From Kiritimatiellia bacterium (GTDB taxonomy: Bacteria > Verrucomicrobiota > Kiritimatiellia > WLWN01): a stretch of 64,000 nucleotides of DNA. Position 1 is the stretch's first letter; each line of letters begins with the position of its first letter. A model generated the notes under the pieces. The model was given only the letters and a program-made list of their open reading frames with translations. It ran no database searches and was not told the origin of the DNA. Where the stretch lies: assembly GCA_012103575.1 (NCBI GenBank), contig WLWN01000001.1, forward strand, positions 1,676,538-1,740,537, read 5' to 3'. This document shows positions 10,011 through 19,545 of the stretch, piece by piece. Both the position numbers and the translations under genes were made by a program.

Positions 10011-10976
10011 GTGGATATAGAAAAAGACCCTTGTATCGCCCATTTTATCCGTTATCTCGAAACGGGAAAAAATGCTTCGGAACATACGGTTCATAACTAT
10101 CTTTTAGACATTCGTCAATTTGTCTCTCAGAGTTGGGGTGAGGAGAAAAAAGCCCCTTTTCCCTGGAAAGAAACGGACCGTTTCACAGCTAGAAAATTTC
10201 TTGTTTTCTTCCAAAAATTAGACAGTGCTCCTACAACAACCTCTCGTAAACTTTCGAGTTTAAGGTCGTTTTACAAATTTTTATTACGCGAAGAGTACGT
10301 AACGACCAATCCTTTTACCCATGCTCCTTTGCCCAAAAAAGAAAGTCGATTGCCGCAGGTACTTTCTGTGGATGAAGTAGATCGCTTATTGGCAACACCG
10401 AAACGCTTGATATCGAAAGATGAAAAAACTAAAAAATTATCTAAAAGCATTTGGGATACCTATGCCGCGCTCCGAGATGCGGCGCTATTAGAGATGCTAT
10501 ACAGCACGGGTATGCGTATTAACGAATTAGCTACCTTAACGGCAGGACAAGTTGATATCCTCTCTGGTGTGGTTAAAGTACGAGGAAAAGGTAAAAAAGA
10601 AAGATTGTGTCCTTTGGGAGAGCCCGCGATTCGTGCATTCCAAGAAGCGTTAGATCAACGCGATCTGTTCTGGAGTACCGTTGGTAAGACAGGGCCTCCT
10701 CCAGCACTTTTTCTCAATAAAAATGCGGGTGGCCTAACGGTACGATCGATTGAAAGAGTAATGAAAAAGTATCTAGCCAAAGCGAGTTTGAACATCCATT
10801 ATTCTCCTCATTCACTGCGTCATAGTTTTGCCACCCATATGTTAGATGCAGGTGCAGACTTGCGTAGTGTACAGGAATTGTTGGGCCATAGTAGTCTCTC
10901 AACAACACAGATATATACGCATATATCGGTTCAGCATTTAAAGGAAGTGTATTCAAAATCACACCCACGGGCGTGA
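10011..10976 (+). CDS. Tyrosine site-specific recombinase of the XerC/XerD family
   Basis: There is an N-terminal SAM-like domain and a C-terminal catalytic domain with the [36 protein letters not shown] signature. The start is a GTG. Confidence 0.85.
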   Translation: MDIEKDPCIAHFIRYLETGKNASEHTVHNYLLDIRQFVSQSWGEEKKAPFPWKETDRFTARKFLVFFQKLDSAPTTTSRKLSSLRSFYKFLLREEYVTTNPFTHAPLPKKESRLPQVLSVDEVDRLLATPKRLISKDEKTKKLSKSIWDTYAALRDAALLEMLYSTGMRINELATLTAGQVDILSGVVKVRGKGKKERLCPLGEPAIRAFQEALDQRDLFWSTVGKTGPPPALFLNKNAGGLTVRSIERVMKKYLAKASLNIHYSPHSLRHSFATHMLDAGADLRSVQELLGHSSLSTTQIYTHISVQHLKEVYSKSHPRA

Positions 10977-11047
10977 TTTTAGATTGGTTACTGGTTATCG
11001 GTTTTTTATGATACCATTTCCTGACAACCAACAACTGATAACTAACT

Positions 11048-12337
11048 ATGCAATGGTTTCTCTATAATACCCTCTTTGTAATCGGTTTTACGCTTATGCT
11101 TCCCCATTTCTTATACCGAATGTGTAAGCGTGGAGGGTATTTCAAGGATTTTGGACAACGTTTGGGTCTTTATGATGCGGATCTACTTACCCGGTTTAAA
11201 CAGAATAAAAGGATTTGGGTACATGCAGTCAGCGTGGGGGAAGTTTTTGCTGGGTTACGTTTAATGCAAGAGATACGCGCCCGCGTTCCGAATAAACGGT
11301 TTGTTCTTAGTGTTACAACCTCTACCGGGCATGCAATTGCCAGAAAACAGTTATCTGATGCAGATGACTTAGTCTACTTTCCGCTTGATTTTCCTTTTAT
11401 CATTAAAAGGGTTCTGAATTTCCTTCACCCTGAAATGATCATTTTGGTTGAAGCAGAATTTTGGCCTAATTTAATACGAAAGGCTAAAGAAAAAGACATA
11501 CCTCTTGTTTTAGTAAATGGTCGGATCTCAGATTCCTCTTATCGAGGATATTCTAAATTACGCATATTTACCAAAAACATTTTAGGATTAATAAACCCTA
11601 TCTTCGTGCAGAGTCCGGGAGATAAAAAGAAGCTTATAAATCTGGGGGCTCCAGAAGAACAGATTCATGTGATAGGCAGCGCTAAATATGATGTGCCCGA
11701 GCAAGAAATAGCTGGCGAAGAAAAGGCAAAAGAAGTGTTGCACACTGCCTGTATTTCTGACGATGCGGTTATTTTGTTAGGAGGATCTACGTGGGAAGGG
11801 GAAGAAGAGGCCCTCGTGCACATCTATAAACGACTAAAGGAAGATTACCCTTTGTTAACCCTTATACTAGTTCCACGTCATGCTGAACGGTCGGAGGAAG
11901 TGATGAAAACGATTCAGATTGGAGGATTACGAGGGATGCGTCGGACTGATTTGGTGCGGTTAGATTCTGTTTCTGAAGAGAAGCCGGATGTTTTATTGGT
12001 TGATACAACCGGCGAACTGAAACATTTTTATGCGTGTGCTGATATTATTTTTGTGGGTAAAAGTCTCACCCAGCATGGAGGACAGAATATTATTGAACCG
12101 GCATTATATGGAAAACCGATTTTGGTAGGTCCGAACATGGAGAATTTTCCTGTAGTGATGCAAGACTTTCATGATGCTGATGCTATTTGGCAAATAAAAA
12201 CTAAAAAGGATCTTCAAGAGGCTGTCAGATCTTTGCTCCAAAATTCAGATCTGCGCTCAAAATATGGGGAAAATGCAGCTCGGCTCTTGCAAGAAAAACG
12301 GGGTGCGATCCGTGAAACCGTAAATAGGTTTTTATAG
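11048..12337 (+). CDS. waaA: 3-deoxy-D-manno-octulosonic acid (Kdo) transferase
   Basis: An N-terminal membrane anchor is followed by WVHAVSVGE and the glycosyltransferase family 30 fold, with the conserved EPALYGKPILVGPNMENF C-terminal region. Confidence 0.85.
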   Translation: MQWFLYNTLFVIGFTLMLPHFLYRMCKRGGYFKDFGQRLGLYDADLLTRFKQNKRIWVHAVSVGEVFAGLRLMQEIRARVPNKRFVLSVTTSTGHAIARKQLSDADDLVYFPLDFPFIIKRVLNFLHPEMIILVEAEFWPNLIRKAKEKDIPLVLVNGRISDSSYRGYSKLRIFTKNILGLINPIFVQSPGDKKKLINLGAPEEQIHVIGSAKYDVPEQEIAGEEKAKEVLHTACISDDAVILLGGSTWEGEEEALVHIYKRLKEDYPLLTLILVPRHAERSEEVMKTIQIGGLRGMRRTDLVRLDSVSEEKPDVLLVDTTGELKHFYACADIIFVGKSLTQHGGQNIIEPALYGKPILVGPNMENFPVVMQDFHDADAIWQIKTKKDLQEAVRSLLQNSDLRSKYGENAARLLQEKRGAIRETVNRFL

Positions 12338-12398
12338 ACCTTGCCATCTTTTAGCGGGAATATGAGAAAGCCACGGATAAATGGCTACAAAATTTTTA

Positions 12399-13838
12399 TC
12401 AAATAGCGAAAAACATGGTGATGACAACCAATACTGCGATGATATAGCTTTGCTTATCTTTTACGGCAAATTCCACGGGATCTTCTATCATTTTCTCTCG
12501 CCCAACTAACAACCAGATTCGACAGATCCAATATAAAAGGACCAGACACATCAACCACAAGTATTGAGGACGGCGATACAAGTCCCCTCCCCCACCCGTC
12601 ATACTGTTAATATACAAAGCTAAGATTAATACAGATAAAAAACCGCTTATAACACCAAAATGCGATAACATCTGCAAATCATGGGGATCATAGCCACGGC
12701 CCTTGGTAGTATCTACACCTTTATTTGTCTTATAATGAAGAGCGACATATCGTTTCGCAATCCCCAGACTAAAAAATAGAAAAACAGAAAAGGCTAACAG
12801 CCAAAAAGAAACAGGCACTTCCGCCGCAAGCCCTCCCGAATACATACGAATCGTATAAAAAAAACTCAACATAATAATATCGATTAATGCAATGCGCTTC
12901 AGATAGATCGAATATCCATTTGCCAAGATAAGATAGATGAATACAGCTAGCCCCAAAAAGAGTGAAACAGAAAACGCAACAGACAAGCCAGCCATTAAAA
13001 GAAAGATGAATAAACAAAATCCCCAAGCAATCGGTACATCACTAGCGGCCAATGGTCTCTTCCGTTTTTCAGGATGAACACGATCCGCTGTAAGATCTAA
13101 CAAATCGTTTACAATGTACACACTCGATGCACACAGCCCAAAAGCAAAAAAACCAAAAAAAGCATTCAAAAGTTTATTGAAGTCTGTAATCAGATGAGCA
13201 GCAATAATAGGAACAAAAAGTAAAAGATTTTTGACCCATTGTTGAAGCCGAAGCACACGAATCAATGTTTTTAGCGTAACAGATTTGGTTTCGAAAACAT
13301 CCGTCACAGACACTATTTTGCTCACCTGACGTTGGAAATGCGAAGATCCTACGACAATAGCCGAATGGGCATGTCGCCAAATGGGCACATCAGATTTAGC
13401 ATTTCCTATATAATCATACCCCCCTCTTCCAAACCGATCATCCAGCACTTTTTGCTTTTTAACACCCTTTAAATTAATCGTTTGATCACTCGCTAGCACA
13501 TCGGAAAAAAGGCCCACTTCATCTGCAATCGACCCAGCAATTTGCACATCTGAAGCAGTCACCAAAATCAAAGTCCGGCCCTTTTTTTTTTGCGTCTCTA
13601 AATAGGACAAAACTTCTAAACGATAAGGAAGGGTTTGGGGCTCTATCGTTACTCGCTTCGCCACTTCGTGTTTAAAAGACGCTCTACCTTTTGCCAGCCA
13701 AAAAGGAAGAAACAACACGTAGAAAATTTTTTTCTTGATTAGTAAAAGCAAAGACTCCCAAAGCATATCTGTCTTGAGTAGTGTCCCATCCAAATCTATA
13801 CACAAGGGGATGGCTTTAGATGTCTCTTCTTGAGTCAA
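12399..13838 (-). CDS. Fusion protein: HAD-superfamily phosphatase domain plus UbiA-family prenyltransferase domain
   Basis: The N-terminus carries the HAD motif I (IDLDGTL). The C-terminal half has about eight transmembrane segments and the UbiA motif NDLLDLTADR. Confidence 0.7.
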   Translation of the reverse strand: MTQEETSKAIPLCIDLDGTLLKTDMLWESLLLLIKKKIFYVLFLPFWLAKGRASFKHEVAKRVTIEPQTLPYRLEVLSYLETQKKKGRTLILVTASDVQIAGSIADEVGLFSDVLASDQTINLKGVKKQKVLDDRFGRGGYDYIGNAKSDVPIWRHAHSAIVVGSSHFQRQVSKIVSVTDVFETKSVTLKTLIRVLRLQQWVKNLLLFVPIIAAHLITDFNKLLNAFFGFFAFGLCASSVYIVNDLLDLTADRVHPEKRKRPLAASDVPIAWGFCLFIFLLMAGLSVAFSVSLFLGLAVFIYLILANGYSIYLKRIALIDIIMLSFFYTIRMYSGGLAAEVPVSFWLLAFSVFLFFSLGIAKRYVALHYKTNKGVDTTKGRGYDPHDLQMLSHFGVISGFLSVLILALYINSMTGGGGDLYRRPQYLWLMCLVLLYWICRIWLLVGREKMIEDPVEFAVKDKQSYIIAVLVVITMFFAI

Positions 13839-13907
13839 TGGATAACCTTATATGATACATTTAATTTCATTAGATAACGGTGGACTTTCTAATATGACAC
13901 GCCTATA

Positions 13908-15053
13908 GAAGACAAAAAAAAGAGAAAGACATGGAACAAATCAAGAGTAGTATTCATCCCCGAAAAGGCAAGCATTTGACACAGAAAGAACGGATCATGA
14001 TTGAAACAATGCTCAAAAACCGAGGACGTCCTTTGGAGATAGCCAGCTATCTGGGAAGGCATCGTCGAACCATAGAGCGCGAAATTAAACGTGGGGAGGT
14101 AGAGCATTTCGATACAGAGCTGCGAAAGAAGAAAGCATACAGCAGTGATCGAGCCCAGGAACTTCATGATCTAAATGCGACGGCCAAGGGACCTGAGCTT
14201 AAGCTTGGAAAGCATCATGAAACGGCCGTGTTTATCAGCGAGCACATTCTTGTTCACAAACGCTCACCCGATGTGGTTGCTCCTTTGCTTAAACAAGAGC
14301 AGAGACCTGCAGCGGTGAGTACAAAAACGCTGTATACCTATATTGACCAAGGTCTCATCCCGGGGGTGAGCAACGAGTCCCTATGGGAAAAACGAAAACG
14401 GATAAAACGAAAAAGACGTGCTATTAAGCGGGTTAAAAAGCAACATGCCCGAAGGACCAGTATCGAAAAACGACCTAAGACCGTAGAAAAACGCGAGGAA
14501 TCTGGGCACTGGGAATTGGATTTGATCGTCGGCGGAAAAGGAACTTCAAAACCGGTTTTAATGACGTTAGTAGAAAGAAAGACCCGAATGCTAAGGGTGA
14601 GAAAACTTTCGGATAAAACACAGGCATCGGTTCTGCAGGCCCTCAAAGCGATCGAAAGATCGATGGGAGTTGGCCCATTCAGATCGATGTTCAAGTCGAT
14701 TACAGCCGATAACGGGAGCGAGTTTCTCGACGTGGAGCAGATGGAACGTTCCGGATTTAGCAAAAAGAGACGTGTTAAACTCTATTATGCTCACCCGTAT
14801 TCTTCCTGGGAACGAGGCTCCAACGAAAATGCCAACCGTATGGTTTGTCGTTTCGTCGCCAAAGGAGACAACATCGGAAAATATACCATCGACCGTATTG
14901 GTGAGATTGAAAAATGGATTAACAACTATCCTCGCAAGATCCTAGAATACAAACCCGCACAGGAGTGTTTCGATTTGGAGATCGCCGCATGAACAGAAGC
15001 TCTCAGGTCCATTTTTTGCGGCATTTAATTTTACAATCCACCTTGGTGATTTG
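13908..15053 (+). mobile_element. IS30-family insertion sequence, type B, copy with a truncated left end
   Basis: Near-identical to 42078-43283 from 13908 onward. The right end (ggcatttaattttacaatccacc) is shared with the other copy, while the left terminal repeat present in that copy (ttgtaatattaaatgcc) is missing here. Confidence 0.7.
13931..14992 (+). CDS. IS30-family transposase, type B
   Basis: 353-aa ORF with an HTH, HWELD and DNGSEF DDE motifs. It is 98% identical to 42188-43234, apart from a 15-bp indel in a KRKR repeat. Confidence 0.85.
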   Translation: MEQIKSSIHPRKGKHLTQKERIMIETMLKNRGRPLEIASYLGRHRRTIEREIKRGEVEHFDTELRKKKAYSSDRAQELHDLNATAKGPELKLGKHHETAVFISEHILVHKRSPDVVAPLLKQEQRPAAVSTKTLYTYIDQGLIPGVSNESLWEKRKRIKRKRRAIKRVKKQHARRTSIEKRPKTVEKREESGHWELDLIVGGKGTSKPVLMTLVERKTRMLRVRKLSDKTQASVLQALKAIERSMGVGPFRSMFKSITADNGSEFLDVEQMERSGFSKKRRVKLYYAHPYSSWERGSNENANRMVCRFVAKGDNIGKYTIDRIGEIEKWINNYPRKILEYKPAQECFDLEIAA

Positions 15054-15136
15054 CTAAAAAACGGAGGTTCCTTTTAAATTTGAATCACAAAAATCTCCAA
15101 TCATCATTTGGAAAAATTGATCAAAAAGGTTCCATC

Positions 15137-16196
15137 CTGCAGACTCAACTTACAAGTGCAAAACCGAAGCTGTCCATCATTTCTTTGGGCGTTCTATATT
15201 CTAAGCATTTTCTCGGTCTATTATTCAGTAACTCCACAGCCATCTCAACTGAGCGGAGCTGCGGGCAGCAAAGTCGGTTTTCTTCGGGAAAAACTGGCGA
15301 AGCAAACCATTCGTGTTTTCGTTGCTCCCTCTTTGCCAAGGGTTTCTCCCTTCAGCAAAGAAAATGGGGGTTGCTATTTTTTTCTGTAGTTTAGCATGGC
15401 TGGCAAACTCCATGCCATTATCTACAGTCACCGTTTTACAGGGGAGCCCTGAATCAGCGAACTGAGGTACGGAACGGTTGACCGATTCGGCATTGCATCG
15501 AGGTAAAAGATCGGCGATGAGATATCGAGTCGCTCGATCTACTAGAGTGACTACACAGGCCTCTTTTCTCGTTTGGCCCTGAATAGTGTCACCTTCCCAA
15601 TGGCCTGCCACCTTGCGACTTTCACCCTCTTCGGGGCGTTGGTCAATCATCGTTTGGTTGTGTATACGTGAATGGCTTTTCCGAGTCGCTCGTTTTTTCT
15701 TTCCGGGGCCACGCAGGTATTTTCGGTAGCCAGCCCCTCTTGGACTGTACAAGTAGCGGTAGATCGTCATTCGACTGATGGGAGGGTCACCTTCTAGCTT
15801 TCTTCGACCTTCAACCTGTTCTGGAGACCAATACTTCGCCAGGAGAGTCTCCACTTGTTCTTTGCTAGCTCCCATCACTTTTTGAGGCTTTCGAGCTAGC
15901 TGTAATCGGCTTTGAGCCAGGCCATTTGCGGGTCTTGGGTAATAGCGGCCACGGACTCGATTACGGCGAAATTCGCGCCAAATAGTCGAGGGGGATCGGC
16001 CCAGGTGACGGCCAATTTGAGATAAGCTATATTTTTCTTTTAGCATCTGGGCTATCACTTCTCGTTCATAACGGTTTAAATGTTCGTAGGTTCGTGGCAT
16101 TCTATGTTCTCCTTTGGGGAGGGTCAGATACCCAAAGAATGAACTATGCTGCGGACCTTTGCACTTGTATTGTTACTCTACCAAAAACGTAGTGTT
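15137..16196 (-). mobile_element. IS30-family insertion sequence, type A, copy 2
   Basis: The same terminal sequences as 104-1170 are present. The flanking DNA differs. Confidence 0.8.
15225..16100 (-). pseudogene. IS30-family transposase, type A, with a frameshifted C-terminus
   Basis: Identical to 113-1069 except that the last ~30 aa shift frame. The intact C-terminus (VELLNNRPRKCLEYRTPKEMMDSFGFALVS) is encoded by the overlapping ORF 15145-15339. Confidence 0.7.
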
Positions 16197-16760
16197 ATCC
16201 GTTGTACCAAGAGGACCTAAGTCTTGATCCGAAGTCCAGGCAGCATGGCCGTCCAAATAGCCACAATTAATTCCGCCCTCATGCGCACGTCCAGCTTGGC
16301 CCGGCGTATAAGGCAGGTCATACACATAGGCCGCTTGTGCATGATCTGTTACCTTCCCCAAACTACGCGTTGTGCCTGGATAGGAACAGAGATAGCCGTT
16401 CAATTCGTATTCCGTATAGAAATTAGCATTCGACATGTAATAATCAGCGTTCCCATCGTTTCCCCGATTAGAGGGACAATCAAAGACTTTATAATGATCT
16501 CCTACATAAGGAAGAAGTTGTTCGGCCCCTCCTCCAAAAGCAAAAGGTCCTGAGCGAAGAGGGAATACAAAAGAATTCTGATCCCCAAACATAAGATTGG
16601 CTGCGGCTGCTATTTGTCGGACATTATTCAAACATTAGGCTTTCCGGGCTTTCTCCCTGGCCGAAGTAGCAAGAGGGATTAACAAGGCCGACAACAGCGC
16701 AATAATGGCTACAACCACCAATAATTCAATAAGCGTAAATGCCTGATTTGGTATTTGATT
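16173..16760 (-). pseudogene. Prepilin-type N-terminal cleavage/methylation domain protein of the DUF1559-like family, with an in-frame TAA
   Basis: The upstream frame encodes [34 protein letters not shown], then a TAA near 16636, followed by the ORF 16173-16631 in the same frame. That ORF ends with the INCGYLDGHAAW motif typical of DUF1559. No start codon is evident. Confidence 0.55.
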
Positions 16761-17116
16761 GTTTGTGTTTACATAACTTAATGTATAGCCCCGTCCTGAG
16801 ACATATCTTCATAAACCGCTTCATCTTCGGCGATCGCTTCATTATTTTTTTCTGCACTCATCTCATTCTTCGACGTCATCGTCGATACCCTATCAATGGT
16901 TTTCCCTTTAATTCATATGCTGTAATGACAAAAACACTGTTAGGATCAGGCACATAAATTACTCGCAGATATCTTCCTGTTACTGTTCTGACCAATAGTC
17001 ATCCGCGATTCTTCCTTACCTATACGATCTTCACCCGGATTTTTCAACACAAACTTCACCTCCTCCACATCTGTAGAACAATCTGATGACAAAAGGCAGA
17101 CGGCGTCATATATTTG

Positions 17117-17300
17117 GAGGCATGAAGATTATCCGTTGGAGGGATCAGAAAAACGAATGGCTGAAACAATATCGTGGTGTATGTTTTGAACAGTTGAGAA
17201 TCTTATCCATGGCTATGGGGTAACCTGGAATGTAGCAGAACGGGTGCAGACCTATACGCACCCTTTGTGGAGGGTGTAGGACAAATTTATTGAGACGCAG
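17117..17300 (+). pseudogene. Remnant of a BrnT-like (DUF497) toxin gene
   Basis: MKIIRWRDQKNEWLKQYRGVCFEQ resembles the BrnT N-terminus (F.WD..K...N..KHGV.FE.A). The ORF is cut after 33 aa, with a possible continuation in another frame. The IS1380 copy starts at 17381. Confidence 0.3.
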
Positions 17301-17380
17301 AGGTTCCTAGGCTATATCGGTCCCAAATAGTGCATAAAAGTCGCATCAAAAATATTCATGTCATTGAAGCATATATTGAC

Positions 17381-19037
17381 CTGAATCCGTTAGCTATCGC
17401 TTCGGAAGGCGTTTTGGGGCTCAAAAGCTGAAAATTTTTTCCTTGAGATGCTCGCTTTTGGGCGGATTGGGACCGGCAAGTATCACCCTGATGAATTTTT
17501 TGAGCGTACAGGTCAGATTCACTCTGATTTGGCCATTTTGGGGCGTAGGCCTCCTTGGGCAGTCGCCTTAGAGTATTGTTAAAGGTGCACGGAGGGCTAT
17601 GCGAAGGAATGGGCAATATCTTGTATCACTTCAAACCAGCGACAACGCTTGCCAAAGTGAAGTTCAATTCGTCCGGCGTGGCGGACCAATCGAACCGCGC
17701 AATAAACGATATTTTTGAGAACCGTTTTGATTCGCCAGCGCGGGATGTTGATTTTCTGCGGGGCAAGCCCAGCCCGTTTGATGACCTCTTGGCCAAGACC
17801 GCGCAATAGGTTGAAGGCCACCATGGCGCATAACAGAATAATCTTATTGGCACAGGGTCTCCCCGAAGGCAATCGCTCAACATCAAGATCGCTTTTGAGT
17901 TCACTGTGGTACTGCTCGCTGGGGCCATGTCCATGATAGAGATCTAGCACCGTCTTGGCACGACAAGAGAGGTTCGTCCACCAGGTGTTCACCTCAAGTT
18001 TAGGAACCAAAAGTTTCTGACCATCGATATCGATGGTGCGTTCAATCACTTCGAAGGCCACCGGGACACAAGGGTGGTTTTGGTCACCACCGGGATGGAA
18101 ATGATCGAAAAAGCCTGTGTAAACGTTCTTGCCTTCACGACTGTCTTGTTTGTCTCCAACTCGGCGTGCAAGGGCCAGCATTTGTTCAGGACATTCGCGG
18201 CGAGGATTTCGCTTTACGATAAAATAATGATCCCCAAAAGCGTCGAAGTTATCGGCCGCAGCGTTGCCACTATCAAGCCGAAGCAAACATTTTCCACCCA
18301 GGCCCAGGGTTTGGAGCGTTTCAACGCTGCGGGCAATAAACGCGGTCGTTCCCGACTGACAATGTTGTTTGCCGGGTCGAAGTTCGCACTCAAGCATGTG
18401 GCCTTGAGTGCCCACATAGGCAAATATCGGGGCGTAACCATCATGGCCCTTATAGGTGTAGGAAACGCCTTCTTTCGAAGAGCCTGAGTGATCCAAAGGG
18501 CTCACATCGATATCGACGGGAACAAGATCAAGCCCTTCGACATCTACCTAGCCAAAGGGGCCCGAGGAAAGAAGTTCGGTGTTGAGTTTGCGTAGCCCCA
18601 CATGGGTTCTGGCTGGGGGCAGGTCGTCGAAACGACGTCGGAACACCGGCTCAGAGGCTACTTTTTTAACTCCCCTTTTTAAGTCTAAAGGCATTCATAA
18701 AAATCTCATCACCCCGGTACAGGTCGATATCATTGAAATCGGTTCGACCGTTGCAAAGTAAGCCGATCTGGGTAAGGAGGATCTCCCGATCAGAGATCGC
18801 ATCGGAGCGGCGTGGTTGAAAATTGGAGGGAAGAATCCGTTGAGCATGATCCTCAAGCAGCAGGCCGCAAAGATGATTTCCGCTTGTGCTGTTGAGTTCG
18901 CTCTTGCCAGTCTTTATTTTATATTGTTTCATATACACACCTGTTGGGGTGGGGTTGTTTGTTTGAATACGGGTATGCTCCCCGCTTTAGCCCAACAGGT
19001 AATGAAAAATCGTCAGATTTTATCTGACGGATTCAGG
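17381..19037 (-). mobile_element. IS1380-family insertion sequence, copy 1
   Basis: The terminal inverted repeats are CCTGAATCCGTCAG and CTGACGGATTCAGG. The element is flanked by ATTGAC on both sides, a candidate target-site duplication. It is near-identical to 56075-57730. Confidence 0.75.
17597..18938 (-). pseudogene. IS1380-family transposase, frameshifted
   Basis: The N-terminal 90 aa are encoded by 18666-18938 and the C-terminal 302 aa by 17597-18505. The two parts lie in different frames. Confidence 0.7.
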
Positions 19038-19198
19038 ATTGACTATAAGGTTCGGTAAGCTCAAAATTTTTCTTAAAATCCCAACTTGATCTTTTTATGG
19101 GGTCTATTTTACCTTAGTTATACTCAACGTTTAGCTAAAATTTTTTTGGAAGGAAACATTCCGCAAGAACGAAAAAAATCTCGAAACAGAATAGGGAT

Positions 19199-19275
19199 TG
19201 GTGGCGAAGGTGGGACTCGAACCCACGACACATGGCTTATGAAGCCACTGCTCTAACCGACTGAGCTACTTCGCC
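19199..19275 (-). tRNA. tRNA with anticodon CAU (elongator tRNA-Met or tRNA-Ile2)
   Basis: The minus-strand sequence reads GGCGAAGTAGCTCAGTCGGTTAGAGCAGTGGCTTCATAAGCCAC...GGGTTCGAGTCCCACCTTCGCCACCA. This is a full cloverleaf with anticodon loop TTCATAA and an encoded CCA. The G1-C72 pair argues against initiator identity. Confidence 0.85.
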
Positions 19276-19324
19276 ACAAAAAACATATAACCGTAAGGAA
19301 GTATAATAGGCTTTGTCAATACTC

Positions 19325-19360
19325 AGCCATTCTAATTTTGATTTCAAAATTAGAATGGCT
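19325..19360. repeat. Perfect 36-bp AT-rich hairpin (16-bp stem, 4-nt loop) placed directly upstream of the tRNA promoter region
   Basis: The sequence is AGCCATTCTAATTTTGATTTCAAAATTAGAATGGCT. It is followed (in the tRNA direction) by TTGACA about 35 bp before the tRNA 5' end. A related copy lies at 37683-37718. Confidence 0.6.
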
Positions 19361-19545
19361 CGTTCTTTGTTGTTGGTTCTTCTTTAATGGGAAGTTATTT
19401 TTTTAGTACAGATCAAATATGATCATGAACATATATAACCTACATTCAGCGATAAGGAACAGCCCGTCGTACCCATCCCTTGATCCGCCTAGCATTAGGT
19501 AAAGAATCTTGACCCACTAATAGATAACTAATAACTATTCCCAAC

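Noticed and set aside
17555-18505. Numerous overlapping ORFs inside the IS1380 copies (for example 17626-17934, 17715-17936, 18074-18487, and their twins near 41500 and 56600-57560)
   Set aside because: They are alternative-frame artefacts of the transposase gene, and the same set recurs in every IS copy.
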